The notes under the pieces: model-generated
What the model saw: the letters and a program-made list of their open reading frames with translations, nothing else
Databases searched by the model: none
What the model was told of the DNA's origin: nothing
Shown here: positions 46,253 to 57,117 of the stretch, one piece after another
Layout: each line of letters opens with the position of its first letter
Numbering within the stretch: position 1 is the first letter of the stretch
Origin: an uncultured Methanosarcinales archaeon
GTDB taxonomy: Archaea; Nanobdellota; Nanobdellia; Woesearchaeales; CAYZNE01
Reading direction: 5' to 3'
Assembly (NCBI GenBank): GCA_964405295.1
Contig: CAYONI010000003.1
Span: 5,159-69,158, forward strand
Length of the DNA stretch: 64,000 nucleotides
Program-made: the position numbers and the translations under genes

Positions 46253-49200
46253 CTAAACCGCAATCATCGGTGGCAACTTCACCTTGGATGCAATTATAGA
46301 ATTACCTCTTTCTTTATCCTCTTTGTAAACACCCTCAATGATTATTCCTGTATTTGTGGGAATATCTGATCGCATAGCACACTCTTCAAAAGTATTGGGA
46401 AAGATTATTACATTGCACTCATTTCTTTTATTAGCAAGAGTAATAAATGCCATGTCATCACCATTCTTTGTTATAACTTTAGAATATCTTTTTACTAAAC
46501 CAAAAAGCTGCACCCTGGAATTATCTTTCATATTATCAAAATTTAATAGGCTCTGATCTTTAGAAGCTTCATATAAATCCATTGGATGCCCAGAAATATA
46601 GACCCCCATTAATTCTTTTTCTATATCCAACTTTGCTTTTAATGACAACTCAGGGCAATTAGGGTAGGCAATACTATTTGCTCTTGTACCAAAAAGAGTT
46701 AATTGTTTGTGTTGAACACTTTCTTTTTTTACAGACTCATATTTTTCTAATAGTTGTGAACGATTGTGTTGAAGATTATCAAAGCAACCAACAGATATTA
46801 AACTCTTTACAACTCGTTTGTTAACTTTTGATAAATTGACTTTATTAATAAAATCTTGATATGAATTATAAGGTCTATACTTTATTATTTCTTTTATTGC
46901 TATTTCACCTACGTTCTTTATACCAGACAAACCAAAACGAATCTTTTTCTTTTTACTTTCTTTTTCCATAACAAAACTTCTTTCAGAAAAGTTTATTTCA
47001 GGGCACTCAACTTCTATGTCCATATTTCTTGTTGCATCAATATAGAACGCAAGCTTATCAGGATCTGATGAATTAGACGATAAAACTGCAGCCATAAACT
47101 CTGCAGGATAATACTGTTTAAGGTAAGCAGTTCTGTATGCAATTAGTGCGTATGCTGCAGCATGACTTTTATTAAAAGAATAAGAAGCAAACTTAACTAT
47201 ATTACCCCATAGATCATTAACTGATTTAGGCTCCATCTTAGAATAAGTCATACAACCATACTTGAACTTCTCTTCCATCCTGAGCATTAGGTCAAGTTTT
47301 TTCTTACCAATTGCTTTTCTTAAAACATCTGCTTCACCCATTGTAAAGTTTGCAAGAGTTCTAGCCAACTGCATAACTTGTTCTTGATAAACAAGAATTC
47401 CATAAGTTGGTTTTAAAATTTCTTTAGAATTAGGATGAACATATTTTACTTTTTCTGCACCGCTTTTTCTTCTTGCGTATACATCTATAAAATCCATACT
47501 TCCTGGCCGATAAAGTGAAACAATTGCAATTATATCATCAAAACAAGTTGGCTTAACAAGCTTTAATGTTTTCTGCATTCCAGGACTTTCCATTTGAAAA
47601 ACTCCTGTACTATAACCTTTTCTTAGCATTGCATAAACTTTTTTATCATCAACAGGTATTTGTTCTAACCATTCAGTGTCTTTGCCTATATTTTTTAAAA
47701 TTTTATCAGTAATATTTAATGTTTCTAGGCCAAGGAAATCAAACTTTAATAATCCTACATCCTCAACTTCTCTCCAATCAACTTGAGTTATAGTTGCACC
47801 ATCTTTTTTGTAAACCGGAAGATAATCTGTTATTGGAGCCTTACCCCAAACCACACCACAGGCATGGATTCCCTTATGTCTAACACATCCCTCGAGGACA
47901 GCTGCAACTTGAAATAATTTAGGAAACCTTGATTGATAATCTCTTAATGGTTGATTAGCATACTTCTTTGTTCTCTTATTCTTTAAATCTAAAGACAATT
48001 GAATTGTTTTCTCAGTAATAAAATTAGTCATTTCATTTGAAATAGAAAAAGAAATACCCAATGCCCTTGCAACATCTTTTATCACAGATTTTGCACTCAT
48101 TGTTCCGAAAGTTCCTATCAATGCAACCTTTTCTTTACCATACTTATTTTTAACATAATCTAATGCAATCTCCTTATCACCAAAATCTATATCAAAATCA
48201 GGTAAAGAAATTCTATCGGGATTCAGGAAACGTTCAAATAAAAGCCCTAAAGATAGAGGTTCTAACTGGGTTATACCCAACAAGTATGCAACAATAGATC
48301 CTGCACCAGAACCTCTTCCAGGGCCAACCTGGCAATGTGCTTTGGACGCACTAATAAAATCTTCGACTATAAGAAAATAAGTTGCATAACCCATCTTATT
48401 AATAACAGATAACTCAAAGTCCATTCTTTTCTTTGCCTTATCCATTAATAGAGTATTAGCATATTTCTTATCTAATTGTTTAGAACACAAATCTAATAGA
48501 TATTGTTCATGATCTTTTTCTTTTATTTCAAAATTAGGAAAAACAGTTTTACCAAGTTCTAATTCAACATTACATCTTTCTGCAATCAACGCAGTATTAG
48601 TTACTGCTTCTTTAAAATCAGAAAATAAATCAAGCATTTCCGCTTCAGACATAACATGATAACCTGAACCCTGAAATTTAAAATGATTTGGTTCATCAAT
48701 TTTTGAGTTTGTCTGAATACACAACATGATTTCATGAGCATGAGCATGTTCTTCTAACAAGTAATGAGAATCACAAGTTGCAACCAACTTTAACCCAAAC
48801 TCTTTGGCAAATTTCTTATATGCAGTTCTAACTTTTTTTTCCTCATTAATACCATGATTTTCAAGTTCTAGGAAAAAATTATTTTTACCAAAGATTGCAA
48901 TGTAATCAATAATTAAAGCTCTTGCTCTATCCTCGTCTTTATTTATGATTGCCTGTGCAACATCATTAGCTAAGCAAGCAGAAAGACAAATAAGTCCCTC
49001 TGAATACTTTGCTAAAATCTTTTTATCTAATCTAGGCCTATAGTAAAACCCCTCACTGTTGGCAATGGAAGCCAACTTTATGAGGTTTTTATAGCCTTGA
49101 AGGTTTTCTGCCAAAAGAACAAGATGATATCTCTTTTGAGATTTATCTTTTTGATTAATATCATTAACAATGTATGCCTCCATGCCAAATATTAATTTTA

Positions 49201-49375
49201 CACCTGCTTTTTTAGCAAGTTGATACTTATGAATTAATGCATGCATGTTACCATGCTCAGTTATTGCCACAGAATCCATTCCGAGCTCCTTAACTCGCTT
49301 GAATAAATCATTAACTCTTGTAGCACCGTCTAGCAAACTATATTCTGTGTGTAAATGTAAGTGTGTAAATGCCAT
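46253..49375 (-). CDS. dnaE: Bacterial-type DNA polymerase III alpha subunit (DnaE family) with an N-terminal PHP domain
   Basis: PHP motif FTHLHLHTEYSLLDGA...ITEHGNMH. Palm catalytic region SLPDFDIDFGDKE. Length 1040 aa. Confidence 0.85.
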   Translation of the reverse strand: MAFTHLHLHTEYSLLDGATRVNDLFKRVKELGMDSVAITEHGNMHALIHKYQLAKKAGVKLIFGMEAYIVNDINQKDKSQKRYHLVLLAENLQGYKNLIKLASIANSEGFYYRPRLDKKILAKYSEGLICLSACLANDVAQAIINKDEDRARALIIDYIAIFGKNNFFLELENHGINEEKKVRTAYKKFAKEFGLKLVATCDSHYLLEEHAHAHEIMLCIQTNSKIDEPNHFKFQGSGYHVMSEAEMLDLFSDFKEAVTNTALIAERCNVELELGKTVFPNFEIKEKDHEQYLLDLCSKQLDKKYANTLLMDKAKKRMDFELSVINKMGYATYFLIVEDFISASKAHCQVGPGRGSGAGSIVAYLLGITQLEPLSLGLLFERFLNPDRISLPDFDIDFGDKEIALDYVKNKYGKEKVALIGTFGTMSAKSVIKDVARALGISFSISNEMTNFITEKTIQLSLDLKNKRTKKYANQPLRDYQSRFPKLFQVAAVLEGCVRHKGIHACGVVWGKAPITDYLPVYKKDGATITQVDWREVEDVGLLKFDFLGLETLNITDKILKNIGKDTEWLEQIPVDDKKVYAMLRKGYSTGVFQMESPGMQKTLKLVKPTCFDDIIAIVSLYRPGSMDFIDVYARRKSGAEKVKYVHPNSKEILKPTYGILVYQEQVMQLARTLANFTMGEADVLRKAIGKKKLDLMLRMEEKFKYGCMTYSKMEPKSVNDLWGNIVKFASYSFNKSHAAAYALIAYRTAYLKQYYPAEFMAAVLSSNSSDPDKLAFYIDATRNMDIEVECPEINFSERSFVMEKESKKKKIRFGLSGIKNVGEIAIKEIIKYRPYNSYQDFINKVNLSKVNKRVVKSLISVGCFDNLQHNRSQLLEKYESVKKESVQHKQLTLFGTRANSIAYPNCPELSLKAKLDIEKELMGVYISGHPMDLYEASKDQSLLNFDNMKDNSRVQLFGLVKRYSKVITKNGDDMAFITLANKRNECNVIIFPNTFEECAMRSDIPTNTGIIIEGVYKEDKERGNSIIASKVKLPPMIAV

Positions 49376-49633
49376 TTTATTATAAAAAATAAATATAGCT
49401 ATCGCTATACTGGTTAAGTTTTGAAAATATGATTTTTCAACTTAGATTAGAGGGTCTTAGTCCCTGTTATAATGCATAATGAAAACTCTAATATAAAGAT
49501 TCCCTAACAAAAGAATATAGAATAGAATATAGTCTATAACATATATATAATAGATTGAGCAATCCCTAATGAGTAGTTCACAAAGCTACACTAACCCAAA
49601 AGCATATAAATAAAATTGCATTTTCGTTGATTT

Positions 49634-50701
49634 ATGGTAATTGAAATATATGAATTTATTATTGGGAATGATCCGCAAGAAATACTTAAGCCAGGACAGC
49701 TAGAAAAAATTGTCTATGACAAACACATAGAACTTATTCTTGAATATAACCCTAAAGCAAAAATTGGGAAAGAAACATGGAAAGAACATAATGAAACTAA
49801 CATGGAAAGTGATTATACAACACTGCCTATAAACCAAATGTTACTTGAAATTAATAGATTTCTATCACACTTGCAAGCTGAATCAGGCGAACTAAGTGAA
49901 GAATACAGAGCTAAGGCTGCGTATGAGAAACATTTAGAACAGAGTGTCAAAAGAACACCAATAGTAATGCGTAAACGTGTTGGCATTCAAGTAGTAGAAG
50001 CAGTTATTTTGTCCCCTCCTCCTCCTGATCAACAAGAATTAGAGCTTGTTGAAAAAGCATATGAAATCATCAAAACAGATTTAGATGGAGAAACAAGTAA
50101 ATTTGCAGATAATATAATTTCTGTTAAGAATTTTAGTAAAAAAATATCTATTATACAAGAACTAAGAAAAATGGATTTGACTTACCTTTCAATAACAGAA
50201 GTAGATGAACAATTAATAAAGTTATTCAACGATGAAATTAATACAAAACAACTATTTCAATACATTAATGATCGAAAGCCTAAAATAGAAACAGAACCTG
50301 TAAACAATAGTATAGATATAACAATAAAAATAGATAAAGACAAAATAAAACATGAAAAAGAAAAGCGAATTATAGATGACTATGATTTAACAAATAAAAA
50401 CACGCTTGAAAGATATGCCAATAGTAAAAGATTCCCAAGGGTTCTTACTAGAATAGAACAAGTAGAAAAATTGTTTTCTAAAAAAGGAATAGGAATTAAT
50501 CACGCTTGGAAACTAGTTGATTCCTATCCAGGGCACATTTTATCTTCTGGAAAAGATTGGGATAACTACATTTCTGCAGTAGATTTACATCTCAAAAAAC
50601 ACCCAATTAATGAAAATTCAAAAAGGAACAGAGATGTATTACCAGAAAAAAATATTGGACTTTATAGATCTGTAACTGCACTTAGAAAATATAAGAAATA
50701 A
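49634..50701 (+). CDS. Hypothetical protein (355 aa), divergently transcribed from dnaE
   Basis: ORF only. Confidence 0.3.
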   Translation: MVIEIYEFIIGNDPQEILKPGQLEKIVYDKHIELILEYNPKAKIGKETWKEHNETNMESDYTTLPINQMLLEINRFLSHLQAESGELSEEYRAKAAYEKHLEQSVKRTPIVMRKRVGIQVVEAVILSPPPPDQQELELVEKAYEIIKTDLDGETSKFADNIISVKNFSKKISIIQELRKMDLTYLSITEVDEQLIKLFNDEINTKQLFQYINDRKPKIETEPVNNSIDITIKIDKDKIKHEKEKRIIDDYDLTNKNTLERYANSKRFPRVLTRIEQVEKLFSKKGIGINHAWKLVDSYPGHILSSGKDWDNYISAVDLHLKKHPINENSKRNRDVLPEKNIGLYRSVTALRKYKK

Positions 50702-50704
50702 AAC

Positions 50705-50735
50705 AAAAAATGCTCAATAACAAATGTTATTGGCA
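50705..50735 (+). repeat. Copy 4 (short form) of the dispersed hairpin element: aaaaATGCTCAATAACAaaTGTTATTGGCAC
   Basis: Between convergent stops. The stem covaries (AATAACA/TGTTATT). Confidence 0.6.
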
Positions 50736-50747
50736 CTACTAACTGAA

Positions 50748-52145
50748 TTAATTCTCATAAAAGACTTTATACGCAAGGAATGAAGAGTAAACATCAACCT
50801 TACTTGTTATCTCAAACGGAGAATGCATTCCAATAACTGGTGGACCAACATCTACTATGTCACAACCATACTCTGCATAATACATAGAGATTGTTCCTCC
50901 ACCACCAAGATCAATTTTTCCATTTTCTCCTGTTTGCCAATTAACTTTATTTTTATCAAACAGAGCCGTTATTTTATGAATATATTCTGCATCAGTATCG
51001 TTAGTAGAATATTTTCCTCCACCGCCGCCATATTTTTCAACAGAAATTCCCCTGCCAAGAATAGAAACATTTGTATGATCCTGTGCATCTTTAAAGTTAG
51101 GGTTTAATGCAGAAGTTACATCTGCACTCAGAAACTCAGCATTCTTCAAAACAGTGTATGCATCTGTTTTTAATTTTAGTTTAGCAAGTAACTCATTTAA
51201 GAAATTAAATAAGAACTTTGATTTTGCTCCTGACTTTCCTTCACTACCAATTTCTTCTTTATCAACAAAAAGTGCTATCGCAGTTTCTTTATTCTTAGAA
51301 TTAAGTAATGCATTTAAAGAAGTATAAGCACAAACTCTATCATCTTGACCATATGCACCGATTAAAGATCTATCAAAACCAATATCTCTTGCTTTTTCTG
51401 CAGGAACAATTTCAAGCTCTGCAGTAACAAAATCTTTTTCAGTTATACCATATTTGTCGTGCAAAAACTTTAAAGCTCTTAACTTAACATGCTCTTTTAT
51501 TTCTTTATCTTCTAAAGGAAGATTACCAATAATAACATTTAAGTCTTCACCAGTAATAAACTTATCAACCTTTTTTTCATATTGCTCTTTTGCAAGATGA
51601 GGTAATAAGTCCGGTATAACAAATACAGAATCTTTATCAGATTCTCCAATTAATATTTGCTTTTTTGTTCCATCTTTAAGTAGAGCAAATCCGTGTATTG
51701 CCAAAGCTCTATTAACCCACTGATACTTTTTTATTCCGCCATAATAGTGTGTTTTTAGAAGAGCTAAATCTGAATCTTCAAACATAGGTTTTGGTTTTAG
51801 ATCTAATCTTGGAGAATCCAAGTGACTTGCAATAACTTTCATTTTATTAAACTTGCCAAGATTAACTAAAACAATATTTTTATTTGTTTTGTAGTAAACC
51901 TTATCTTTTGCAGTTAAAGTTTTAGCTGTTTCAAAGTTTTTGTAACCCTTTGCTTTAGCTATTTTTTCTATTTCTATTACTGCCTCTCTCTCTGTTTTTA
52001 CAATATCAAGAAATTTCTTGTATGGTTCAGAAAAAGCAAAAGCTTTTTTCTCATCAATATGTTTCCATGCAGTTTCCTGTTTGTAAAATAAGAATTCATA
52101 TTTTGATTTTTTCTCTTTTTTAGTTACTTTCTTTTTAGCTGCCAT
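50748..52145 (-). CDS. M18-family aminopeptidase (aspartyl aminopeptidase / aminopeptidase I-like)
   Basis: ASHLDSPRLDLKP (compare H-x-DSP-L-x-KP). HYYGGI. C-terminal DVGPPVIGMHSPFE. Length 465 aa. Confidence 0.7.
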   Translation of the reverse strand: MAAKKKVTKKEKKSKYEFLFYKQETAWKHIDEKKAFAFSEPYKKFLDIVKTEREAVIEIEKIAKAKGYKNFETAKTLTAKDKVYYKTNKNIVLVNLGKFNKMKVIASHLDSPRLDLKPKPMFEDSDLALLKTHYYGGIKKYQWVNRALAIHGFALLKDGTKKQILIGESDKDSVFVIPDLLPHLAKEQYEKKVDKFITGEDLNVIIGNLPLEDKEIKEHVKLRALKFLHDKYGITEKDFVTAELEIVPAEKARDIGFDRSLIGAYGQDDRVCAYTSLNALLNSKNKETAIALFVDKEEIGSEGKSGAKSKFLFNFLNELLAKLKLKTDAYTVLKNAEFLSADVTSALNPNFKDAQDHTNVSILGRGISVEKYGGGGGKYSTNDTDAEYIHKITALFDKNKVNWQTGENGKIDLGGGGTISMYYAEYGCDIVDVGPPVIGMHSPFEITSKVDVYSSFLAYKVFYEN

Positions 52146-52198
52146 AATTATACCTCATGAATAAATATCTATTAAATTAGACTGAACATTTTTAAAAC

Positions 52199-53254
52199 TT
52201 ATGATTTTATGACGATTAATTTCTTAGGAAGCTTAGATGTTAGAACTTCAACACTGTTCTCTTTTATTAAAACATCATCTTCAATCCTTATACCAATACT
52301 GTTTTCTGCATCATAATACCCTGGCTCAATAGTTATAACTTTATCTTTATCTAATATATCTGTTGCAGTTAGAGCAACGAAAGGAGCTTCATGTATTTCT
52401 AAACCAAAACCATGACCCAATGAATGAGTAAAATACTTTTTAGATTCATCGAACAATTCCCGCGCATATCTATCTAAAAGCCCTGCACTCTCCCCAATAG
52501 CATCTTTAGCCTTTTTTATTGATTGTTGCTGCACAAATAAAACTTTCTCATATATTTCTCTTTCTTTCTTAGTGGGATTACCAACAAAAACAGTTCTTGT
52601 TATATCAGAACAATAACCTTGATACTTAACCCCAAAATCAATTATTAAGAACCCTCTTCTTAGTTTAATATCAGTTGAGTGAGCATGAGGTATTGCTGCA
52701 TTCTTCCCTGATGCAACAATAGGAGTAAAAGCGAGAGTGCAATCATTGTTAAAAGTTTCACTTTCTAAGTATCTTTTAATCTGTTTCTCAGATAACAAAC
52801 TCTTGTTTATCTTTTTAATTGTCCTATTAATTATTTTACAGGCAATATTACAAGAAGTTCTGATTTTTCTTATTTCTTCAGCAGTTTTAGTTTGTCTTAA
52901 CTCTGTTAAATATTTAGAAACATCTTTTTTCTTACCTTTTAACTTATTTTTTGTTTGAATAGAAGTTTTTTCATAATTTAAACCAATAGTTTTATTTTTT
53001 ATTACTTGTTTTTTAAAATCTTGAAAAGGTTTTAACAAAAAAGACTTATCTTTTCTATAATTACCAATATCTAAAGGACTTGTATAAATCTTACATTTTC
53101 CGTTTGCAGGAATTACCATTAAGAATTCTGAGCTTGTTCCAGTAAAATATTTTGCATCTATCTTTTCTAGCAAAGTAAAGTCTATATCATTATTTCTTAG
53201 ATATTTTTGTAGAAGTTTAATCTTATTGTGCTTTAGTTTTATAGAAATAGTCAT
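52199..53254 (-). CDS. M24-family metallopeptidase (Xaa-Pro aminopeptidase/dipeptidase type)
   Basis: Pita-bread fold motifs DFGVKYQGYCSDITRT, HSLGHGFGLEIHE, TIEPGYY and GIRIEDDVLI. Confidence 0.8.
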   Translation of the reverse strand: MTISIKLKHNKIKLLQKYLRNNDIDFTLLEKIDAKYFTGTSSEFLMVIPANGKCKIYTSPLDIGNYRKDKSFLLKPFQDFKKQVIKNKTIGLNYEKTSIQTKNKLKGKKKDVSKYLTELRQTKTAEEIRKIRTSCNIACKIINRTIKKINKSLLSEKQIKRYLESETFNNDCTLAFTPIVASGKNAAIPHAHSTDIKLRRGFLIIDFGVKYQGYCSDITRTVFVGNPTKKEREIYEKVLFVQQQSIKKAKDAIGESAGLLDRYARELFDESKKYFTHSLGHGFGLEIHEAPFVALTATDILDKDKVITIEPGYYDAENSIGIRIEDDVLIKENSVEVLTSKLPKKLIVIKS

Positions 53255-53285
53255 TTTAAAAAAAATAAATAATTAAAAGAAGATA

Positions 53286-53549
53286 TTAAACTATATCTTC
53301 CTCTGCAATAACCATAAAATCTCCCATAGCAATGACTGCACTGAAAGGTATTAACATTTTACCTTCTTTTGTTTTTTCAAGATCAAGTTTTTCAGTGTAA
53401 GTAGTAGGATTAGCAACAACCATATGGATTAACTCTCCACTCTTTGTTTCGAAGATTACATCACCAACTTCACCAAATCTCTTACCTGTTTTAGAAACAA
53501 TAGTTTTTCCTATTACGTCTTTTGAAAATTTTTTCTCATTATCTGCCAT
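53286..53549 (-). CDS. PRC-barrel domain protein
   Basis: VIGKTIVSKTGKRFGEVGDVIFETKSGELIHMVV is typical PRC-barrel. Confidence 0.6.
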   Translation of the reverse strand: MADNEKKFSKDVIGKTIVSKTGKRFGEVGDVIFETKSGELIHMVVANPTTYTEKLDLEKTKEGKMLIPFSAVIAMGDFMVIAEEDIV

Positions 53550-53709
53550 TTAAATTACCCCTCATAAGGTTTATAATCATTATATAAACTGCTTTTATAA
53601 ATATTATGATATAATTAACTGAGACCTCCTAGTATATAAATATTGCGTTTAAAAATATTAAAATGCACCCTAAACCTTTATAAATCACTTAAATTCACTA
53701 TAAACTATT

Positions 53710-54834
53710 ATGAACCAAAAAGAAACAGATTATCAGCTGAATGCAAAAGAGAGAAGAAAGCTTAAAGATTTTGTAAAAGAGCTAAGCCAATATAAAGGTA
53801 GGCATACAGAGTTGGTATCTGTTTATGTGCCTCATGGCTATGACCTAAATAAGATAAACCAACATTTAGAACAAGAAAAAGATACTGCTAGTAACATTAA
53901 ATCTGCTTCAAACAGAAAAAATGTTCAAGATGCACTAGAAAAAATGGTTCAACATCTAAAAGCAGTTATCATAAGAACACCGCCTCACGGGCTTGCTATT
54001 TTTGCAGGAAACATTGCTGGAAGAGAAGGACAACAAGACTTTAAAGTTTGGGCAATAGAACCACCTGCACCAATGAATCAGCGATTATACAGGTGTGATA
54101 AAGAGTTTATCCTTGATCCATTAAAAGAAATGATAGATGATAAAAATGAGTATGGATTAGTTGTCCTAGATGGCAGAGACGCAACAATTGCAATACTAAG
54201 AGGAAAAACAATAATCCCAATAAAATCCACTCATTCTGAAGTTCCAGGAAAAATGAGGGCAGGTGGACAGTCTGCACCGAGATTTCAAAGATTAAGGGCA
54301 GGAGCACTAAATGATCATTTCAAAAAGATTGCAGGTTATATGAAAGATGAATTTTTACCAAGACAATATCTAAAAGGGATAATTCTTGGTGGACCAGGAA
54401 CAACTGTTAATAACTTTCTAAATAAAAATCATATAACTGGAGATGTTCAAAAAAAAATTCTTGGCGTAAAAGATTTATCATATACTGGGGAATTTGGTTT
54501 GCGTGAACTGGTTGAAAAAGCAGAGGACATACTTGCAAAAGAGGATATTATCAGAGAAAAAAAGTTAATGAAACAATTCTTTTTATTACTATCAACAGAA
54601 GAAGGTAAAGTTGCATATGGAAAGGATAAGGTTATGGAACTAATTAAAGAAGGAATTGCAGACACAGTTGTTATTTCTGATGTAGTTGACGAAAAAGTCA
54701 TTGATGAATTTGAAATTGAAGGGGAGAAAATGGGGACAAAAGTCGAAGTTATCTCCACAGAAACAACAGAGGGAGTTCAATTAAAAAACATGGGTAAGTT
54801 TGTTGCAATCCTAAGATATAATGTTGAGAAATAA
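53710..54834 (+). CDS. prf1: Peptide chain release factor aRF1
   Basis: NIKS motif in domain 1 (TASNIKSASNRKN). GGQ motif RAGGQSAPRFQRLR. Confidence 0.9.
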   Translation: MNQKETDYQLNAKERRKLKDFVKELSQYKGRHTELVSVYVPHGYDLNKINQHLEQEKDTASNIKSASNRKNVQDALEKMVQHLKAVIIRTPPHGLAIFAGNIAGREGQQDFKVWAIEPPAPMNQRLYRCDKEFILDPLKEMIDDKNEYGLVVLDGRDATIAILRGKTIIPIKSTHSEVPGKMRAGGQSAPRFQRLRAGALNDHFKKIAGYMKDEFLPRQYLKGIILGGPGTTVNNFLNKNHITGDVQKKILGVKDLSYTGEFGLRELVEKAEDILAKEDIIREKKLMKQFFLLLSTEEGKVAYGKDKVMELIKEGIADTVVISDVVDEKVIDEFEIEGEKMGTKVEVISTETTEGVQLKNMGKFVAILRYNVEK

Positions 54835-55231
54835 AATGCTTAAAGAAATCTTAAAATATGATACACAAAGTAAAATCGGTTCTGTTGAATTTTACGATGA
54901 AAATTCTAAAATTGGCTCTTGTGGGTTTAAAATTAATAAAAATGATGTTTATCTTGCTACAGAAGAAGAGACTATGCTACTTGTAAATCCCGAACATAGA
55001 CATCAAGGATTTGGCCAAAAATTAATAACTCGTGCAATAGATACTGCATTAAAATATGTTCAAAATCGAGATGAGAAAGCAAGAATTATCAGAGAAATAG
55101 CAACTTGGAACTCAAAGGGAAAACAAATTATTGAACAAGCAGGATTTAAAGAAATTAAAGATAATGAAGATTATGATCCTGGAAATAGTTCAATAACTAT
55201 TTATCAAAAAATGTTTAATATTCAAGATTGA
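54821..55231 (+). CDS. GNAT-family N-acetyltransferase
   Basis: Motif A VNPEHRHQGFGQKLI. Confidence 0.55.
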   Translation: MLRNKMLKEILKYDTQSKIGSVEFYDENSKIGSCGFKINKNDVYLATEEETMLLVNPEHRHQGFGQKLITRAIDTALKYVQNRDEKARIIREIATWNSKGKQIIEQAGFKEIKDNEDYDPGNSSITIYQKMFNIQD

Positions 55232-55232
55232 A

Positions 55233-55898
55233 ATGATGAACTCAAAAAACATAATTCAAAGAGCCCTTGAACTATTTCCTGAAAGAAATGAATCAAGAAA
55301 TATTGAAATAAAACTTTCTAGAGCATTTAAAGGGTATAATGCAAATTGCGCATATACTTCACATAAAATTCAATTTCGTCTAAGTTATGAATGGAAAGAG
55401 GTTAGTGAAGAGATACTAATTGGTTTAATCCAAGAGTTACTAAACAGGGTTTACAAAAAGAAGAAACATTCTTATAATATTGATATATATAATGACTATA
55501 TTAAAAAATCTAGTTCCTATAGTAAAACTGTAAAAGTTGATCAAGAGCTAAAAGAATGCTTTGACAGGATCAATAAAGAATATTTTAATGAAATGATTGA
55601 TACACCAAATTTAGTTTGGTCTCCTCCTTCATTCAGCAAATTAGGAAGTTATGATTTTATGACAAACACAATTGCAATTAGCAAAATTCTTATTGAAGAG
55701 CAATACTTACTTGATTATGTAATGTACCATGAAATATTACACAAGAAAATGCAGTATGCAAATTCTAAAGGTAATAAAAGATATCATACAAAAGAGTTTA
55801 GAGAAAAAGAAGCAGCTTTCAAAGTTCCTAATGTTGAGAAGAAGCTTGAAGACTTCTTGAAAAAGAAAAAGTTAAAAAGGTTGTTTAGTTTCAGGTAG
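55233..55898 (+). CDS. HExxH metal-dependent hydrolase (DUF45/YgjP- or SprT-like)
   Basis: VMYHEILHKK zinc-binding motif near the C-terminus. Confidence 0.45.
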   Translation: MMNSKNIIQRALELFPERNESRNIEIKLSRAFKGYNANCAYTSHKIQFRLSYEWKEVSEEILIGLIQELLNRVYKKKKHSYNIDIYNDYIKKSSSYSKTVKVDQELKECFDRINKEYFNEMIDTPNLVWSPPSFSKLGSYDFMTNTIAISKILIEEQYLLDYVMYHEILHKKMQYANSKGNKRYHTKEFREKEAAFKVPNVEKKLEDFLKKKKLKRLFSFR

Positions 55899-55903
55899 AT
55901 AAT

Positions 55904-57112
55904 ATGTTAATCGGAGTCGTAGGAAAAGCAAATGTAGGAAAAAGCACCTTTTTTAAAGCTGCAACACTCATGGATATTGAAATAGCTAATTATCCTTTTG
56001 CAACTATCAAACCAAACCATGGTGTTGGATTTATCAAGATAAGTGATGCTGCAAAAGAATTTGGGAAAACAGCTAATCCTAGAGAAGGATTTGTTCTAGA
56101 CAAATATAGATTTGTAACTGTTGACATGATTGATGTTGCAGGATTAGTTCCTGGTGCTCACGAAGGCAAAGGGATGGGTTCTCAATTCCTGGACGACCTT
56201 AGACAGGCAGATGCACTTATTCACGTTATAGATGTCTCTGGCTCAACAAATGAAAAAGGTGAACCAATAGAAGCTGGAAGTTATGATCCTGCAAAGGATG
56301 TTAAATTTCTAGAAGAAGAACTTGATTTTTGGTATCTTTCAATCCTTAAAAAAGGGTGGGAGAAATTTGCAAGACAAGTGCAACAAGAACATTCTGAGCT
56401 ACACAAGGCTCTTGCTAAACAATTGTCTGGACTAGGTGTTAGCGAGGACATGATTAAACAAGGAATAAAGCAATTAAATCTAAATGCAGAACAAGTAACT
56501 AAATGGGAAGAAAAAGATCTATTTAAACTATCTGCATACCTAAGAAAAATAACAAAACCAATGATTATTGCAGCTAATAAAATAGATATTCCGGGTGCAA
56601 TTGATAATTATAATAACTTAAGAGATCAATTTCCCAATCATGTAATCATCCCCTGCTCTGCAGAATCAGAACTTGCATTAAAAGAAGCTGCAAAACATCA
56701 ATTAATAAATTATATTCCTGGAGAAAAAGATTTTTCTATTACAGAACAGGGAGAAACTAAACTTAATGATAAACAGAAAACTGCACTCAATTTTATTAAA
56801 GAGAATATTCTCGGAGTTTACACAGAAGGAACTGGAGTCCAAAGCATATTGAATAATGTTGTCTTTGATATTCTAAAATATATTGCAATTCACCCTGGCG
56901 GCGTAAATAAATTAGAAGATCAGAATGGAAATGTTCTACCTGATTGTTTCTTAATGAAACAAGGTTCAACTGCACTAGACTTTGCATATAAACTGCACAC
57001 AGACTTTGGTAAAAACTTTATTCGATGTATTGACGTGAAAACAAAGATAACCCATGGTAAAGACCATGTTCTTAAGAATCTAGATATTATTGAGATTGCA
57101 GCTGGTAGATAA
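55904..57112 (+). CDS. Obg-like ATPase/GTPase of the YchF/OLA1 family with a C-terminal TGS-like domain
   Basis: G1 IGVVGKANVGKSTFF. G3 DVAGLVPGAHEG. G4 ANKIDI. Confidence 0.7.
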   Translation: MLIGVVGKANVGKSTFFKAATLMDIEIANYPFATIKPNHGVGFIKISDAAKEFGKTANPREGFVLDKYRFVTVDMIDVAGLVPGAHEGKGMGSQFLDDLRQADALIHVIDVSGSTNEKGEPIEAGSYDPAKDVKFLEEELDFWYLSILKKGWEKFARQVQQEHSELHKALAKQLSGLGVSEDMIKQGIKQLNLNAEQVTKWEEKDLFKLSAYLRKITKPMIIAANKIDIPGAIDNYNNLRDQFPNHVIIPCSAESELALKEAAKHQLINYIPGEKDFSITEQGETKLNDKQKTALNFIKENILGVYTEGTGVQSILNNVVFDILKYIAIHPGGVNKLEDQNGNVLPDCFLMKQGSTALDFAYKLHTDFGKNFIRCIDVKTKITHGKDHVLKNLDIIEIAAGR

Positions 57113-57117
57113 AAAAA

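Noticed and set aside
46253-49375. Possibility that the whole window is bacterial because of DnaE
   Set aside because: RpoK, eS1, FEN-1, PCNA, aRF1 (NIKS/GGQ), L30/L15 archaeal forms and intron-containing tRNAs on the same contiguous sequence make an archaeal origin far more likely. DnaE is treated as an acquired or anomalous gene instead.
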